64,000 nt of DNA from a virus (IMGVR_UViG_3300025671_008697), one strand, 5' to 3'; shown: positions 36,664 to 47,093, counted from the first letter of the stretch. The notes: generated by a model not told the origin, from the sequence alone. Program-made: numbers and translations.

Positions 36664-37293
36664 ATGTTAGTCATCTTGGGTGACAGTTTCTGCTCTGAAA
36701 AGGAGGGCTGGCCTTCTATGCTAGCCAATATGCTTAATACAGATTTTGTTTGTCACGGAACACCTGCTGCTAGTTGGTGGATTACCTATAAAGATTGTCA
36801 AAGATTAGAAAATAAGTTGTCAAATGCAAAAATAATTATATTTTGCCACACACATCCTGCTAGAATATTAACTGAAAATTTAAATATTCTTCAATGCGAT
36901 TATAGAGCAAAATCAAAAAATGAAGAGCAAGCCGCCGGTAGTTTATATATGAAATATATTCATAATCACGAAGTTCATGATTGGTCGATGTCTGCTTGGT
37001 TTAAGGAATTAAATGAACGGTACAAGCAAGCCACAGTTTTGCACCTATTTGCTTTTGACGATTCAATGAGTCTAGGAAAATATCTCACCAATGGAATTAA
37101 AGCAAAGACATCGCTTACTGAATTAAGTTTATTAGAGTTTTCATCAGATGACATCAATTTGCTGTCAGGCGATAGTAGAGCAAATCATTTTAGCCAATAC
37201 AATAACAAAATATTAGCTAAACAAATTTATAATGGATTAATCAATGGTATAGATTTTGATTTTGACAAAAGTGAATTTAATTTCGGAACTTAA
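36664..37293 (+). CDS. SGNH/GDSL-like hydrolase-fold protein (AT-rich)
   Basis: N-terminal LGDSF and late RANH. Confidence 0.45.
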   Translation: MLVILGDSFCSEKEGWPSMLANMLNTDFVCHGTPAASWWITYKDCQRLENKLSNAKIIIFCHTHPARILTENLNILQCDYRAKSKNEEQAAGSLYMKYIHNHEVHDWSMSAWFKELNERYKQATVLHLFAFDDSMSLGKYLTNGIKAKTSLTELSLLEFSSDDINLLSGDSRANHFSQYNNKILAKQIYNGLINGIDFDFDKSEFNFGT

Positions 37294-37304
37294 ATGGAAT
37301 AAAA

Positions 37305-38453
37305 ATGGCAATTGATAATAAAATTTTAGAAATATTAGGTAGAGAAGAATACAGGCAAGGCAACACCATAGAACTTATAGCAAGTGAAAACTTTGCCAGT
37401 GAAGTAGTGCGTAATCTCTGTGCTAGTGTGTTTACCAACAAGTATGCAGAAGGTATTCCTGGCAGACGTTTTTATAATGGTTGCGAACACGCAGATGAAA
37501 TTGAACGTCTGGCAATTGAATACGCTACAACACTGTTTGGGTGTCAATTTGCCAATGTTCAACCACATAGCGGTGCTAACGCCAACCTTGCAGTATTCAA
37601 AGCATTACTTAAACCTGGAGATGTTATCTTAGGTATGGATCTGAGTAATGGTGGACATCTGAGTCATGGAAGTCATGTTAACCTAAGTGGTGCTTGGTTC
37701 AGAGCTGCCAAATATACATTAGGACAAGATGGCCTAATAGACTATATAGAAGTAGATAAATTGGCTCAAGAACTAAAACCTAAATTGATCATTGCAGGTG
37801 CTAGTAATTATAGCCAAGTTATCGATTGGGCAAGGTTTAGGCAAATTGCCGACAAAGTAGGTGCAAAACTATTATGTGACATAGCACACTACAGTGGATT
37901 GATTGCCGGCGGACAATACCCCAATCCTTTCCCACATGCTCATATCGCTACTAGCACTACACACAAAACATTACGCGGTCCAAGAGGTGGAATAATTCTA
38001 TGGAACGACAACGATTTATCGGCAAAAATTAACAACGCAGTTTTTCCTGGCACACAAGGCGGACCTTTGATGCATATTATTGCTGCCAAGGCACAGTGTT
38101 TTCACGAGGCATTGCAAAAAGATTTCAGAGAATACAGCCGGCAAGTTATCTTAAATGCAAAAGCAATGGTAGAAGTATTCAAAGAAAATGATGTAGATAT
38201 AGTTAGTAATGGTACTGAATGTCACATGTTTACTTTAGACTTAGGCAAAGAATCTTATAGTGGAAGACAACTTGCAGATAGACTAGAGGAAAAAGGAATT
38301 ACTGTGAATAAAAATGCAGTACCAGGAGATACCAGAAGTTTTGTTGAAACTAGTGGAATCAGAATTGGCACTGCTGCTGAAACTACTAGAGGACACAACG
38401 AAGAATGGTTTAGAGAACTTGCTCAGAATATTGTTAATATTTTGAGAACTTAA
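37305..38453 (+). CDS. glyA: Serine hydroxymethyltransferase
   Basis: LIASENF, NKYAEG, NVQPHSG, GGHLSHG, PLP-lysine TTHKTLRGPRGG, SGIRIGT. Confidence 0.95.
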   Translation: MAIDNKILEILGREEYRQGNTIELIASENFASEVVRNLCASVFTNKYAEGIPGRRFYNGCEHADEIERLAIEYATTLFGCQFANVQPHSGANANLAVFKALLKPGDVILGMDLSNGGHLSHGSHVNLSGAWFRAAKYTLGQDGLIDYIEVDKLAQELKPKLIIAGASNYSQVIDWARFRQIADKVGAKLLCDIAHYSGLIAGGQYPNPFPHAHIATSTTHKTLRGPRGGIILWNDNDLSAKINNAVFPGTQGGPLMHIIAAKAQCFHEALQKDFREYSRQVILNAKAMVEVFKENDVDIVSNGTECHMFTLDLGKESYSGRQLADRLEEKGITVNKNAVPGDTRSFVETSGIRIGTAAETTRGHNEEWFRELAQNIVNILRT

Positions 38454-38535
38454 CACCTTAGGACCGCTAAGTTAAGGTGTAGGCGGCTGCTGCCTGTGGG
38501 AATCGATTCGCTACCGTGTACCATAAAGTGAGCAC
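38453..38535 (+). ncRNA. Candidate structured RNA element (family not assigned)
   Basis: GC-rich intergenic stretch with stems acacctta/taaggtgt, aggcgg/ctgcct, ttcgct/agtgag and alternative pairings; ends at a TAAATA motif. Confidence 0.45.
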
Positions 38536-38541
38536 TAAATA
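38536..38541 (+). promoter_or_regulatory. TAAATA late-type promoter
   Basis: 18 nt before ATG 38560. Confidence 0.5.
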
Positions 38542-38559
38542 TTTTGTCTTTCAATTATT

Positions 38560-39030
38560 ATGATATTAATTAAACACCAAACACTTAACGAAGTAAAAAC
38601 CGTCACCAAACCTTGGGGATGTGAACGCTGGATACAGGCCGGAGATGACAATCATACTTACGTGCTTAAAGAAATTGAACTAAACACCGGGTTTAGAACC
38701 AGTATACAAGTTCATAGGCAAAAAGCAGAAACTAATTTTATCTTAGAAGGTCGTGGAGAACTTTGGTATTATCCAGAATGGTTTGACTGCGAGCGCTACG
38801 AACAAGGAAAATATACCCAAAGCGAACTTGATTATATTTTAGCAAATTTAGAGTGCATCGAATATGGGCCAGGAAGCACAATGACAATAGAACCGGGCAC
38901 GATACACAGAATGGTTGCTGTTACAGATTTGCGTTTTGTAGAATCCAGCACCTGTCACTTAGACGATGTTATTAGATTACAAGATGACAGCAATCGCAGT
39001 CACGGTAAAATAGATTCAGAACACCAATAA
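38560..39030 (+). CDS. Cupin (mannose-6-phosphate isomerase type II C-terminal-like)
   Basis: KPWGCE, SIQVHRQKAET, PGTIHR. Confidence 0.7.
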   Translation: MILIKHQTLNEVKTVTKPWGCERWIQAGDDNHTYVLKEIELNTGFRTSIQVHRQKAETNFILEGRGELWYYPEWFDCERYEQGKYTQSELDYILANLECIEYGPGSTMTIEPGTIHRMVAVTDLRFVESSTCHLDDVIRLQDDSNRSHGKIDSEHQ

Positions 39031-40574
39031 TGCTAACAGTTTTAATTCTCGCTGCAGGCTACGGTAGACGTATGGGACACTTTAGCCGCATGGTCAATAA
39101 AGGCCTTATTCCCTACGACAACAAACCTTTAATCAGTCATATCATCGAACGATTTGATCAGGACACAAAATTTGTAATTGCCTGTGGGCACATGGGACAG
39201 CAAGTCAAAGACTATGTCAGTGCAGTGCATACAGACAAACAGATTATTTACGTAGATATAGACGACTACGCTGAAGGTTCAACGGGCCCGGCTACTACAA
39301 TACAAAAATGTAGTCCACATTTGACTGCGCCATTTATGTGGCTTAGTTGCGACACTGTTTTTGATTTTGATTATAAATCTAAAATGGATCACAACTGGAT
39401 TGGTGTATATCCTGTTGATAGTGCCATAGCCAAAGACTACTGTTGGATTCAAAGAGACGGCGACACCATTACAGATATCTACAACAAACAACCCAGCACT
39501 ACCGCAGTCGACGCTTTTATCGGCTTGATGTACTGCAAGGATACTACATACTTAGACAACTTAAAAGCCAAAGGTGCACGTGAAGCCTACCAGGGATTTG
39601 ATGATAATTTAGAATTACATGCACACACAGTGAGAGACTGGAAAGACTTTGGCACATACGATAAGTGGGTTGAACTAAGTAGAGGACTTAAGGAAGTTAG
39701 TTTTCCTAAACCTGATGAAATCTTTTATCAAGACAATAATAAAATTGTCAAGTTTACCACCGATAGTACACTAACAGATAAAAAAGCCAACAGAGCACTA
39801 CTGAATCCCAACTGCATGCCCAAGGGTATACGCAGAAGCGGACAGTTTTTAGTTTATGATTATGTGGAAGGCGACATAGTTTACAATAAACTTACTCCTG
39901 CTTTGTTTGCCCAGTTACTGGACTGGAGTGAACAAAACCTATGGCGCCGTAAATGGTTCCCTGATACAGATCAAATCTGTAGGGACTTTTATCAAGAAAA
40001 AACACTAAACCGGCTAAATCAATTTAGAGTAAAATACAAGGATTGGAGTGATCCTACTAGTGTAAACAACGTTCCCACACTAAGCATAAATGATTACTTA
40101 AACAAAATAGATTGGGAATGGTTGTGCAAAGAAAATGAATGGGCATTTATTCACGGTGATTTTCAATTTGAAAACATCATAGCACACGATCAAGGGTTTA
40201 CCTGCATAGACTGGCGTACAGACTTCGGTGGCAGCAGCTACGGAGACTTATACTATGACCTAGCCAAAATGTTGGGTGGTATTATGCTGAATTATCAAAG
40301 TGTCAAGAAAGGTGATTTAGTTTATGAGGAACAGGCAGAACTGGCAACGCTAAATTACTGCGGCCTTGATGATGCATTAGATTATAGACAACAACTGCGA
40401 GCATGGGTAGAACAGCATAATTTAAATTGGGATAAAGTGGAACTACTTGTTCCTATTATCTACCTAAACATGAGCCCTTTGCATGATGCACCTTTTGACA
40501 AATATCTTTTTGCACTAGCACAATTACGTTTTGCTGAATACTTCAATGAATCTAGAACAAGCAATAGCCAATAA
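39030..40574 (+). CDS. NTP-transferase fused to choline/aminoglycoside-kinase-like domain
   Basis: LILAAGYGRRM, NKGLIP; C-terminal HGDFQFENI, CIDWR, DLAK. Confidence 0.8.
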   Translation: MLTVLILAAGYGRRMGHFSRMVNKGLIPYDNKPLISHIIERFDQDTKFVIACGHMGQQVKDYVSAVHTDKQIIYVDIDDYAEGSTGPATTIQKCSPHLTAPFMWLSCDTVFDFDYKSKMDHNWIGVYPVDSAIAKDYCWIQRDGDTITDIYNKQPSTTAVDAFIGLMYCKDTTYLDNLKAKGAREAYQGFDDNLELHAHTVRDWKDFGTYDKWVELSRGLKEVSFPKPDEIFYQDNNKIVKFTTDSTLTDKKANRALLNPNCMPKGIRRSGQFLVYDYVEGDIVYNKLTPALFAQLLDWSEQNLWRRKWFPDTDQICRDFYQEKTLNRLNQFRVKYKDWSDPTSVNNVPTLSINDYLNKIDWEWLCKENEWAFIHGDFQFENIIAHDQGFTCIDWRTDFGGSSYGDLYYDLAKMLGGIMLNYQSVKKGDLVYEEQAELATLNYCGLDDALDYRQQLRAWVEQHNLNWDKVELLVPIIYLNMSPLHDAPFDKYLFALAQLRFAEYFNESRTSNSQ

Positions 40575-41292
40575 AAAACGTGAAAAACTATTTGTTAGTT
40601 TAGCACTTCGACCTGGACGCACTGGTACTAGATTTTACACACGACTATTCCTGCATCATGAAATAGACGCAGAGTATGTGGCCTGCGAATGTACAGACAT
40701 TAAGAAAGATATAGAGTTAGCCAAACAACACTGTGCAGGTATTAGTATAACTATGCCATATAAAACACAGGTGTCAGAATTTGTAGATTTTTGGCACGGT
40801 TCAAAAGGAATTACAAATACTTTACATTTACAGTTAGGTATTGTAACTGCCTACAACTGTGATGAATCTGCACTTAGAACCTGTGTTAACTTTCCAAAAT
40901 CTGACATGAGTATTAATTTATTAGGTATGGGTGCAATGAGCCAAAACTTTAGGAATATTGCACCTAAAGGCAGTATAATTAGACAGTTCGACAGAGCAAA
41001 TTGGATGTATAGAGTACAACCCTGTGACATGTTAGTGAATGCGACCAGTATTGGGATGAATCCGGAAGAGTCGCCTGTAGCAGACGTACACAATGCACAC
41101 GCAGTAATAGACGTGGTGCAAGGGCCCACTAGATTAAAAAAGATTGCAAGGGCAGCAGGTGTACCATTGGTTACAGGAGAACAACTATACATTGAACAGT
41201 TCAAGCAGCAATTCAAAGTTTATACAGGAATTGCGCCAGATAACAAAGTTTTAGAGCAAGTGGCAGAAGAAGTATTTGATTATGATTACTAG
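40546..41292 (+). CDS. Shikimate dehydrogenase-like oxidoreductase (compact)
   Basis: SITMPYK, ITNT, YNCD, LGMGAMS, VNATSIGM; ATG at 40546 preferred over TTG 40531. Confidence 0.7.
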   Translation: MNLEQAIANKKREKLFVSLALRPGRTGTRFYTRLFLHHEIDAEYVACECTDIKKDIELAKQHCAGISITMPYKTQVSEFVDFWHGSKGITNTLHLQLGIVTAYNCDESALRTCVNFPKSDMSINLLGMGAMSQNFRNIAPKGSIIRQFDRANWMYRVQPCDMLVNATSIGMNPEESPVADVHNAHAVIDVVQGPTRLKKIARAAGVPLVTGEQLYIEQFKQQFKVYTGIAPDNKVLEQVAEEVFDYDY

Positions 41293-41752
41293 ATTTATTA
41301 GTGACGTAGATGGCTGTTTGAATGACGGAGTCATTTATTGGTCAGAACAAGGTAAACCATTCAAAGCATTTGGTAATTATGACCACGATGGTGTTAAAAT
41401 GTTTCGCAAACACAATATTCCCATTACTTTTATTACTGCGGACAAAGCAGGTTGGAATATTATGTACAGTCGCGTAGTTGAACATATGAAATGCGACTTA
41501 GTGTTAGTACCGGAAGCCAGTAGATACGAATTTGTTGAAAATTATGGATTTGATAACATAGCATACATGGGCGATGGATTTTATGATGCTCCTATTATAA
41601 AGGCCGCACGTTATGGAATAGCGCCAGCACAGGGCAGAATAGAAGCACGGAATGCTGCCCACTATGTAACACCTAGTCGAGGCGGTGAAGGCGCTTACTT
41701 TGATGCCTGTTTATGGTTATTGGATCAGATGGGAATAGACTATGCAATTTAA
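41276..41752 (+). CDS. KdsC/YrbI-like HAD phosphatase
   Basis: SDVDGCLNDG, AYMGDGFYD, GGEGA. Confidence 0.8.
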   Translation: MIMITRFISDVDGCLNDGVIYWSEQGKPFKAFGNYDHDGVKMFRKHNIPITFITADKAGWNIMYSRVVEHMKCDLVLVPEASRYEFVENYGFDNIAYMGDGFYDAPIIKAARYGIAPAQGRIEARNAAHYVTPSRGGEGAYFDACLWLLDQMGIDYAI

Positions 41753-42719
41753 ATTAGGCTTTGGTCCTATGAGTGTGATCGTTAACAGGGCACTGGCAGA
41801 ATACGCTAGTATGAAACAGCGTCCTCTAATGATAATTGCCAGTAGGAATCAAGTAGATGCCGACAGTGGCTATGTAATGCAGACACGGGCGCTGGCTGAT
41901 CAAATGGAGCCATTGCGTAGTGACTATTTAATGCTGTGCAGAGATCATTGTGGACCCTACTTTTTAGACAGTGAACGTGAACTGTCAATTAAAGACGCAG
42001 TAAACGCTACAAAGAAAACAATTCAAGCAGACATAGAAGCAGGATTTGATTTGATTCACATCGATACCAGCAGATGTGAAGATCCTTATCCGGTAGCAGA
42101 CGAATTATTCAACTTTTGTTTGGAACTAAACCCCAATATTAAATTTGAATTTGGCACAGAAGAAAATGTTGGAGTAAGGGCTGGGGTTAAGAAATACAAA
42201 GACGATGTTAGATTTGCCAGTCAATACCCAAACATGGAGTTTGTGGTGGCACAGACCGGCAGTTTGACCATGGAGGATAGACAGATAGGCAGTTTTGAAC
42301 CTGGTTTGGTTAAAAAGTTGGTTGCATTTGCTGAACAGAGTAATGTAAAATTAAAAGAGCACAATGCCGATTACTTAACTGCCGAACAGATCCAAATGCG
42401 TCGAAACGCAGGAGTACACGCTTGTAACATTGCTCCACAGTTAGGTGTTATACAAACACAGGTAACACTGTCATTGGCTAAAGAACATAATGTTAACACA
42501 CATGAATTTGAACGTACAGTATTGGAAAGTAATAAATGGCAAAAATGGATGATCGGTGATAACACAGAAACAAAAATACTGGTAGCAGGACATTATTGTT
42601 TTGGTTCAAACAGTTATGAAAGACTTTTTGAACAAACACAAAAACACTGCGACTTAGAAGCAGAAATCACGTTAGCAATTTATAATTGCTTAGACACTTA
42701 CTATGAGAACTTATTATGA
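41742..42719 (+). CDS. GatZ/KbaZ-like tagatose-phosphate aldolase/epimerase-family protein
   Basis: IIASRNQVD, LCRDHCGP, LIHID, FEFGTEE, KEHNADY, NIAPQL. Confidence 0.65.
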   Translation: MQFKLGFGPMSVIVNRALAEYASMKQRPLMIIASRNQVDADSGYVMQTRALADQMEPLRSDYLMLCRDHCGPYFLDSERELSIKDAVNATKKTIQADIEAGFDLIHIDTSRCEDPYPVADELFNFCLELNPNIKFEFGTEENVGVRAGVKKYKDDVRFASQYPNMEFVVAQTGSLTMEDRQIGSFEPGLVKKLVAFAEQSNVKLKEHNADYLTAEQIQMRRNAGVHACNIAPQLGVIQTQVTLSLAKEHNVNTHEFERTVLESNKWQKWMIGDNTETKILVAGHYCFGSNSYERLFEQTQKHCDLEAEITLAIYNCLDTYYENLL

Positions 42720-43810
42720 TTGTATGGTTTAATTGCAAAATTAGTGACATTAGGCTTACGCCACAACCTAGATATCATTTACGTACAGACGATAGACTAG
42801 ATGTAGCCAAATATAGTTTAGCCAGTTTCCGCCCGTTAGATGAAGTGACTTCTAAATGGATCTTTAACTTTGAACTGGCAGATGGTTGTGCTGGTAAAGA
42901 AAAGGAATTTGAAGATTGGATCCGAGAAAACTTTCCTGCAGATAAAACAGTTATAAACTGGTATCGGTGCAATCACTATGAGCAATGGCAGGAAATGGCA
43001 GATTTAGTTAATGCTGAGGACGATGAGTTAATTTTTCCAGCTGGGAACGAAGATCATATCTTTATGGATACTGATATCGAACTGTTCAAAGAAGGATTAG
43101 AACTTGTTAAAAATGATTCGGACCCAAATGCAGTTTTTTTTACAAGTCATTATCCAGAACTTGCAAGATGTAGTTTTTATTTTAACCCAGAAGGCATAAC
43201 TGAAAATAAACATTTTACATGGTACGTTTTAGGTAGCAATGATGCACTGCGTGTTATGAAAAAAGGCCTTTTTAATGAATACGTACAAAAAATTAAGAAT
43301 AATAAAAACATTTTTTACAGGACTGAAGATTGGAATCAACTCAGTTTGCCTGTTTGTAAAATATATTGTCCAACCAAAGAACAATTTAGGCACTATGATG
43401 GATACGCTCATGTTCGTATAGGTGCAGATATAGCTCCACCATTGGAAATTCCTGCAGGATTTTTTGATAAATCTATGACAATTAAATACGGTTTTGATCA
43501 GCGTGAAGAAGGCGCAGTAAACATTAACCCACAAATGGAAAGTTTCTTTGCAGAAGATGGCGCCGGCACAGACTATAAATTTAGTTTAGAGGATATTCCG
43601 TTATTTTGGAAAGAACACATTAAAGAGATTCAAATTAATCCAGACTCTGATTCAGAACAACTTATAGAAGCAAGAGATGCTCAATTACTTAAAATGAGTA
43701 GATGTGAAGCACATTGGGACTTTATGGGGATTGTTTTTGATAACAATAATTATCCACCAGCAGAAAGAGTAAACTGTTGGACCAAATCAATTGATTTCAC
43801 AGACGAATAA
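42716..43810 (+). CDS. Hypothetical protein
   Basis: 364 aa ORF coupled to the sugar cluster. Confidence 0.6.
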   Translation: MIVWFNCKISDIRLTPQPRYHLRTDDRLDVAKYSLASFRPLDEVTSKWIFNFELADGCAGKEKEFEDWIRENFPADKTVINWYRCNHYEQWQEMADLVNAEDDELIFPAGNEDHIFMDTDIELFKEGLELVKNDSDPNAVFFTSHYPELARCSFYFNPEGITENKHFTWYVLGSNDALRVMKKGLFNEYVQKIKNNKNIFYRTEDWNQLSLPVCKIYCPTKEQFRHYDGYAHVRIGADIAPPLEIPAGFFDKSMTIKYGFDQREEGAVNINPQMESFFAEDGAGTDYKFSLEDIPLFWKEHIKEIQINPDSDSEQLIEARDAQLLKMSRCEAHWDFMGIVFDNNNYPPAERVNCWTKSIDFTDE

Positions 43811-43819
43811 CAGTATAAT
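43791..43819 (+). promoter_or_regulatory. Sigma70-type promoter for the polymerase operon
   Basis: TTGATT-N17-TATAAT, then SD AAGGAG. Confidence 0.7.
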
Positions 43820-43836
43820 ACAGTCAAGGAGAACAC

Positions 43837-44103
43837 ATGTCAGACTACACCCGTACATTTAACGCAGAAGCCAAAATCAAACTTACACAACTAATCAACG
43901 AAGGCATGACTGTCATGCAAGAAATTGAAGATCTCAACGCAGGTTTGAATGATACTATCAAGGCAATCGCAGAAGAATTAGAAATTAAACCTGCAACACT
44001 TAAAAAAGCAGTAAAGATTGCACATAAATCTAAATTGGGTGAAACCAATCGCGACCACGACGAACTAAACACTATTTTGGAAACTGTAGGCAAAACACTT
44101 TGA
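43837..44103 (+). CDS. Small dsDNA-binding protein (T4 DsbA-like)
   Basis: 88 aa helical, IKAIAEELEIKPATLKKAVKIAHK pattern; upstream of the DNA polymerase. Confidence 0.55.
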   Translation: MSDYTRTFNAEAKIKLTQLINEGMTVMQEIEDLNAGLNDTIKAIAEELEIKPATLKKAVKIAHKSKLGETNRDHDELNTILETVGKTL

Positions 44104-44405
44104 CCAAAGCATTTGGTGCTTGGTGGTCAGGCACGCAACAGTTTATCGCAAAGGATTGGAGTAGCCATCCTTTTCGTTTCTGTTTAGAGATGACTGCGTG
44201 GGCAATCAGTATAGGCTGTGCTATAACTTACGCTTATACTGTACCTAATATTCCATTTATACCTTTGTACTGTGCATTTATCACAGGCTGCGTTATAGGT
44301 GCATGGTGTGCTTATACTCGAGGTAGTTTTGGACTTTTTGGAAATTACACCCTGCTCGCAATCATTGACATGACCGGGCTAATTAAGTTATTATTAATGA
44401 AGTAA
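44100..44405 (+). CDS. Small multi-TM membrane protein
   Basis: Three hydrophobic segments; TTG start overlaps the previous stop. Confidence 0.55.
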   Translation: MTKAFGAWWSGTQQFIAKDWSSHPFRFCLEMTAWAISIGCAITYAYTVPNIPFIPLYCAFITGCVIGAWCAYTRGSFGLFGNYTLLAIIDMTGLIKLLLMK

Positions 44406-44406
44406 G

Positions 44407-47079
44407 ATGTCATACGTAGACGCATTATTTGATAAACAACGTGACAGGATTCACGTAGTAGAACGTGTTAACGGCGAACGCCGCTATCAAGAGTTTGCGG
44501 CTGATTATACGTTTTACTATGACGATCCCAAGGGCAAGTATCGTACTATCTATGGCACGCCTGTAAGCAAGTTTACAACACGCAACGGCAAAGAGTTTCA
44601 AAAAGAAATGCGTATCCAAGGCAGCAAGCGTCTTTGGGAAAGCGACTTCAAGCCAGTGTTTAGATGCTTGGCCACAAACTTTCTTGGCGCAGAACCCCCA
44701 AAACTACAGACAGCATTTTTCGATATTGAGGTAGACTTTGATCCCGAACGTGGATTCAGTAAACCCGAGGATCCATTCAACGCTATCACTGCTATCAGTG
44801 TGTACTTGGATTGGATGGACAAGTTAGTTACACTGGCTATTCCGCCCAAGTCGATGAGTTGGGAAACCGCAGAAGAAATTTGTAATAGGCATAGTGACTG
44901 TTTCTTGTTTGACAGAGAAGAAGACTTATTAAACACATTCTTAGACTTAGTTGATGATGCTGACATCCTGTCAGGTTGGAACAGTGAAGGCTTCGACATT
45001 CCTTATACCGTGGGACGCATTACTCGTGTGCTCAGCAAAGACGATACACGCAGACTTTGTTTGTGGGGACAGTTTCCCAAACAACGTGAATTTGAACGCT
45101 TTGGTGCCACAAACATTACGTTTGACTTAATCGGCCGTGTACATATGGACTATATGCAACTGTATCGCAAGTATACCTATGAAGAACGCCATAGTTACAG
45201 TTTGGATGCCATCGGCGAATATGAACTAGAAGAACGTAAAACTGCCTATGAAGGCACACTGGATCAGTTGTACAATAAAGACTTTGACACATTTATTGAA
45301 TACAACAGACAGGATACTCGACTGTTAGCAAAACTGGACAAGAAACTCCGCTTTCTAGACTTGGCTAACACCATTGCACATGACAACACAGTATTGTTGC
45401 AGACCACAATGGGCGCAGTAGCAACCACGGAGCAGGCAATTATCAATGAAGCACACAGCCAAGGACTGGTCGTACCTAACAGAAAGAACAGAGATGAGGG
45501 GGAAGAAACAACAGCGGCAGGTGCCTATGTTGCTTATCCCAAAACAGGCATCCACGAATACATCGGAGCCATTGACATCAACTCGCTCTATCCCTCGGCT
45601 ATTAGAGCGCTCAACATGGGACCAGAAACCATCGTCGGACAGATCCGACCCGTAATGACTAAAAAGTTTATTCAAGACAAAATGACTGGAGGTACTAGTT
45701 TTGCTGGTGCTTGGGAAGGTCTGTTTGGCAGTCTTGAATATGAAGCAGTCATGAAAGGTGATCCCACAGTTGAACTTACAATTGATTGGGAACAGGATGG
45801 TACCAGTGATGTTGTCAGTGCCGCAGACGTTTGGCGCTTAATCTTTGACAGCAACAAGCCCTGGGTACTCAGTGCCAATGGCACTATCTTTACAATTGAA
45901 CGCAAAGGTATTGTGCCTGGCTTGCTGGAACGTTGGTATGCTGAACGTAAACAGATGCAGGCCAAACTTAAAGACTGTATTGCAGAAGGTAACGAAGCAG
46001 ACATTGAGTACTGGGACAAGCGACAGTTAGTTAAAAAGATTAACTTGAACAGTTTGTATGGTGCTATTTTGAATCCGGGTTGTAGGTTTTTCGACCACAG
46101 GATCGGACAGAGTACCACACTGTGTGGCAGGGTAATTGCCAAGCACATGGATGCATTTGTCAATGAAGCAATCACTGGCGAGTACGACCACGTAGGCAAA
46201 AGTGTTATCTATGGCGACACTGACTCTGTGTATTTCAGTGCTTGGCCAATAGTAAAAGAAGATGTTGAAGCAGGACGTATGCAGTGGAACAAAGACATTG
46301 CTATCCAAGTCTACGACAACATTGCTGACCAAGTAAATGAAAGTTTCCCAGCATTTATGGAACGTGCCTTTCACTGTCCAAGAGAGAACGGCAGCATTAT
46401 CCGAGGCGGTAGAGAGATTGTGGCTAGTAAAGGTTTGTTTATTAAAAAGAAACGCTATGCCGCACTAATCTATGACAAAGAAGGCAAACGCAAAGATATC
46501 AAAGGCAACCCTGGTGAAGTAAAAGCCATGGGCCTGGACTTGAAGCGTTCGGATACTCCTAAGGTTGTACAAGACTTCTTAAGTGAAATCTTATTAAAGG
46601 TGTTAACAGGCAGCGGCAAAGAAGATATTATCGAACGTGTGCGTGAATTCAAGTATGAGTTTCAAGAACGTCCTCCATGGGAAAAAGGTACGCCCAAGCG
46701 TGTTAACAACCTGACCAAGTATACCGCAGAAGAAAAAAGATTAGGTAAAGCCAACATGCCCGGACACGTTCGTGCCGCAATGAACTGGAACAACTTATGT
46801 CGTATGCACAGTGACAAGTTTAGTATCCAAATTGTTGACGGTATGAAAGTGATTGTGTGCAAACTCAAAGATAATCCACTTAAATACACCAGTGTTGCTT
46901 ATCCCACAGACGAAACACATATCCCGCAATGGTTTAAAGACTTGCCGTTTGACGACAGCACAATGGAGTCCACTATTGTAGACCAAAAAGTAGAAAACTT
47001 GTTGGGTGTGTTGGAATGGCAAATTGCTGAAAACACAGATATCAATACTACATTTGATACATTGTTTAGTTTCGAATAA
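44407..47079 (+). CDS. Family B DNA polymerase with 3'-5' exonuclease
   Basis: FDIEVD, GWNSEGFDIPY, YNRQD, DINSLYPS, KINLNSLYG, YGDTDS, KKRY. Confidence 0.97.
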   Translation: MSYVDALFDKQRDRIHVVERVNGERRYQEFAADYTFYYDDPKGKYRTIYGTPVSKFTTRNGKEFQKEMRIQGSKRLWESDFKPVFRCLATNFLGAEPPKLQTAFFDIEVDFDPERGFSKPEDPFNAITAISVYLDWMDKLVTLAIPPKSMSWETAEEICNRHSDCFLFDREEDLLNTFLDLVDDADILSGWNSEGFDIPYTVGRITRVLSKDDTRRLCLWGQFPKQREFERFGATNITFDLIGRVHMDYMQLYRKYTYEERHSYSLDAIGEYELEERKTAYEGTLDQLYNKDFDTFIEYNRQDTRLLAKLDKKLRFLDLANTIAHDNTVLLQTTMGAVATTEQAIINEAHSQGLVVPNRKNRDEGEETTAAGAYVAYPKTGIHEYIGAIDINSLYPSAIRALNMGPETIVGQIRPVMTKKFIQDKMTGGTSFAGAWEGLFGSLEYEAVMKGDPTVELTIDWEQDGTSDVVSAADVWRLIFDSNKPWVLSANGTIFTIERKGIVPGLLERWYAERKQMQAKLKDCIAEGNEADIEYWDKRQLVKKINLNSLYGAILNPGCRFFDHRIGQSTTLCGRVIAKHMDAFVNEAITGEYDHVGKSVIYGDTDSVYFSAWPIVKEDVEAGRMQWNKDIAIQVYDNIADQVNESFPAFMERAFHCPRENGSIIRGGREIVASKGLFIKKKRYAALIYDKEGKRKDIKGNPGEVKAMGLDLKRSDTPKVVQDFLSEILLKVLTGSGKEDIIERVREFKYEFQERPPWEKGTPKRVNNLTKYTAEEKRLGKANMPGHVRAAMNWNNLCRMHSDKFSIQIVDGMKVIVCKLKDNPLKYTSVAYPTDETHIPQWFKDLPFDDSTMESTIVDQKVENLLGVLEWQIAENTDINTTFDTLFSFE

Positions 47080-47083
47080 AATC

Positions 47084-47089
47084 TAAATA
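47084..47089 (+). promoter_or_regulatory. TAAATA late-type promoter
   Basis: 4 nt before ATG 47094, no SD. Confidence 0.5.
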
Positions 47090-47093
47090 AGAG

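Noticed and set aside
38481-38535. SAM-SAH riboswitch identity for the post-glyA element
   Set aside because: CGGCUGCUG...GAGCA is only superficially similar; spacing and flanking stems differ, so the element is left unassigned.
44407-47079. Intein or intron in the DNA polymerase (also considered for ClpA and PhoH)
   Set aside because: Lengths are normal, motifs are contiguous, and there is no C/S...HN intein signature or LAGLIDADG motif.
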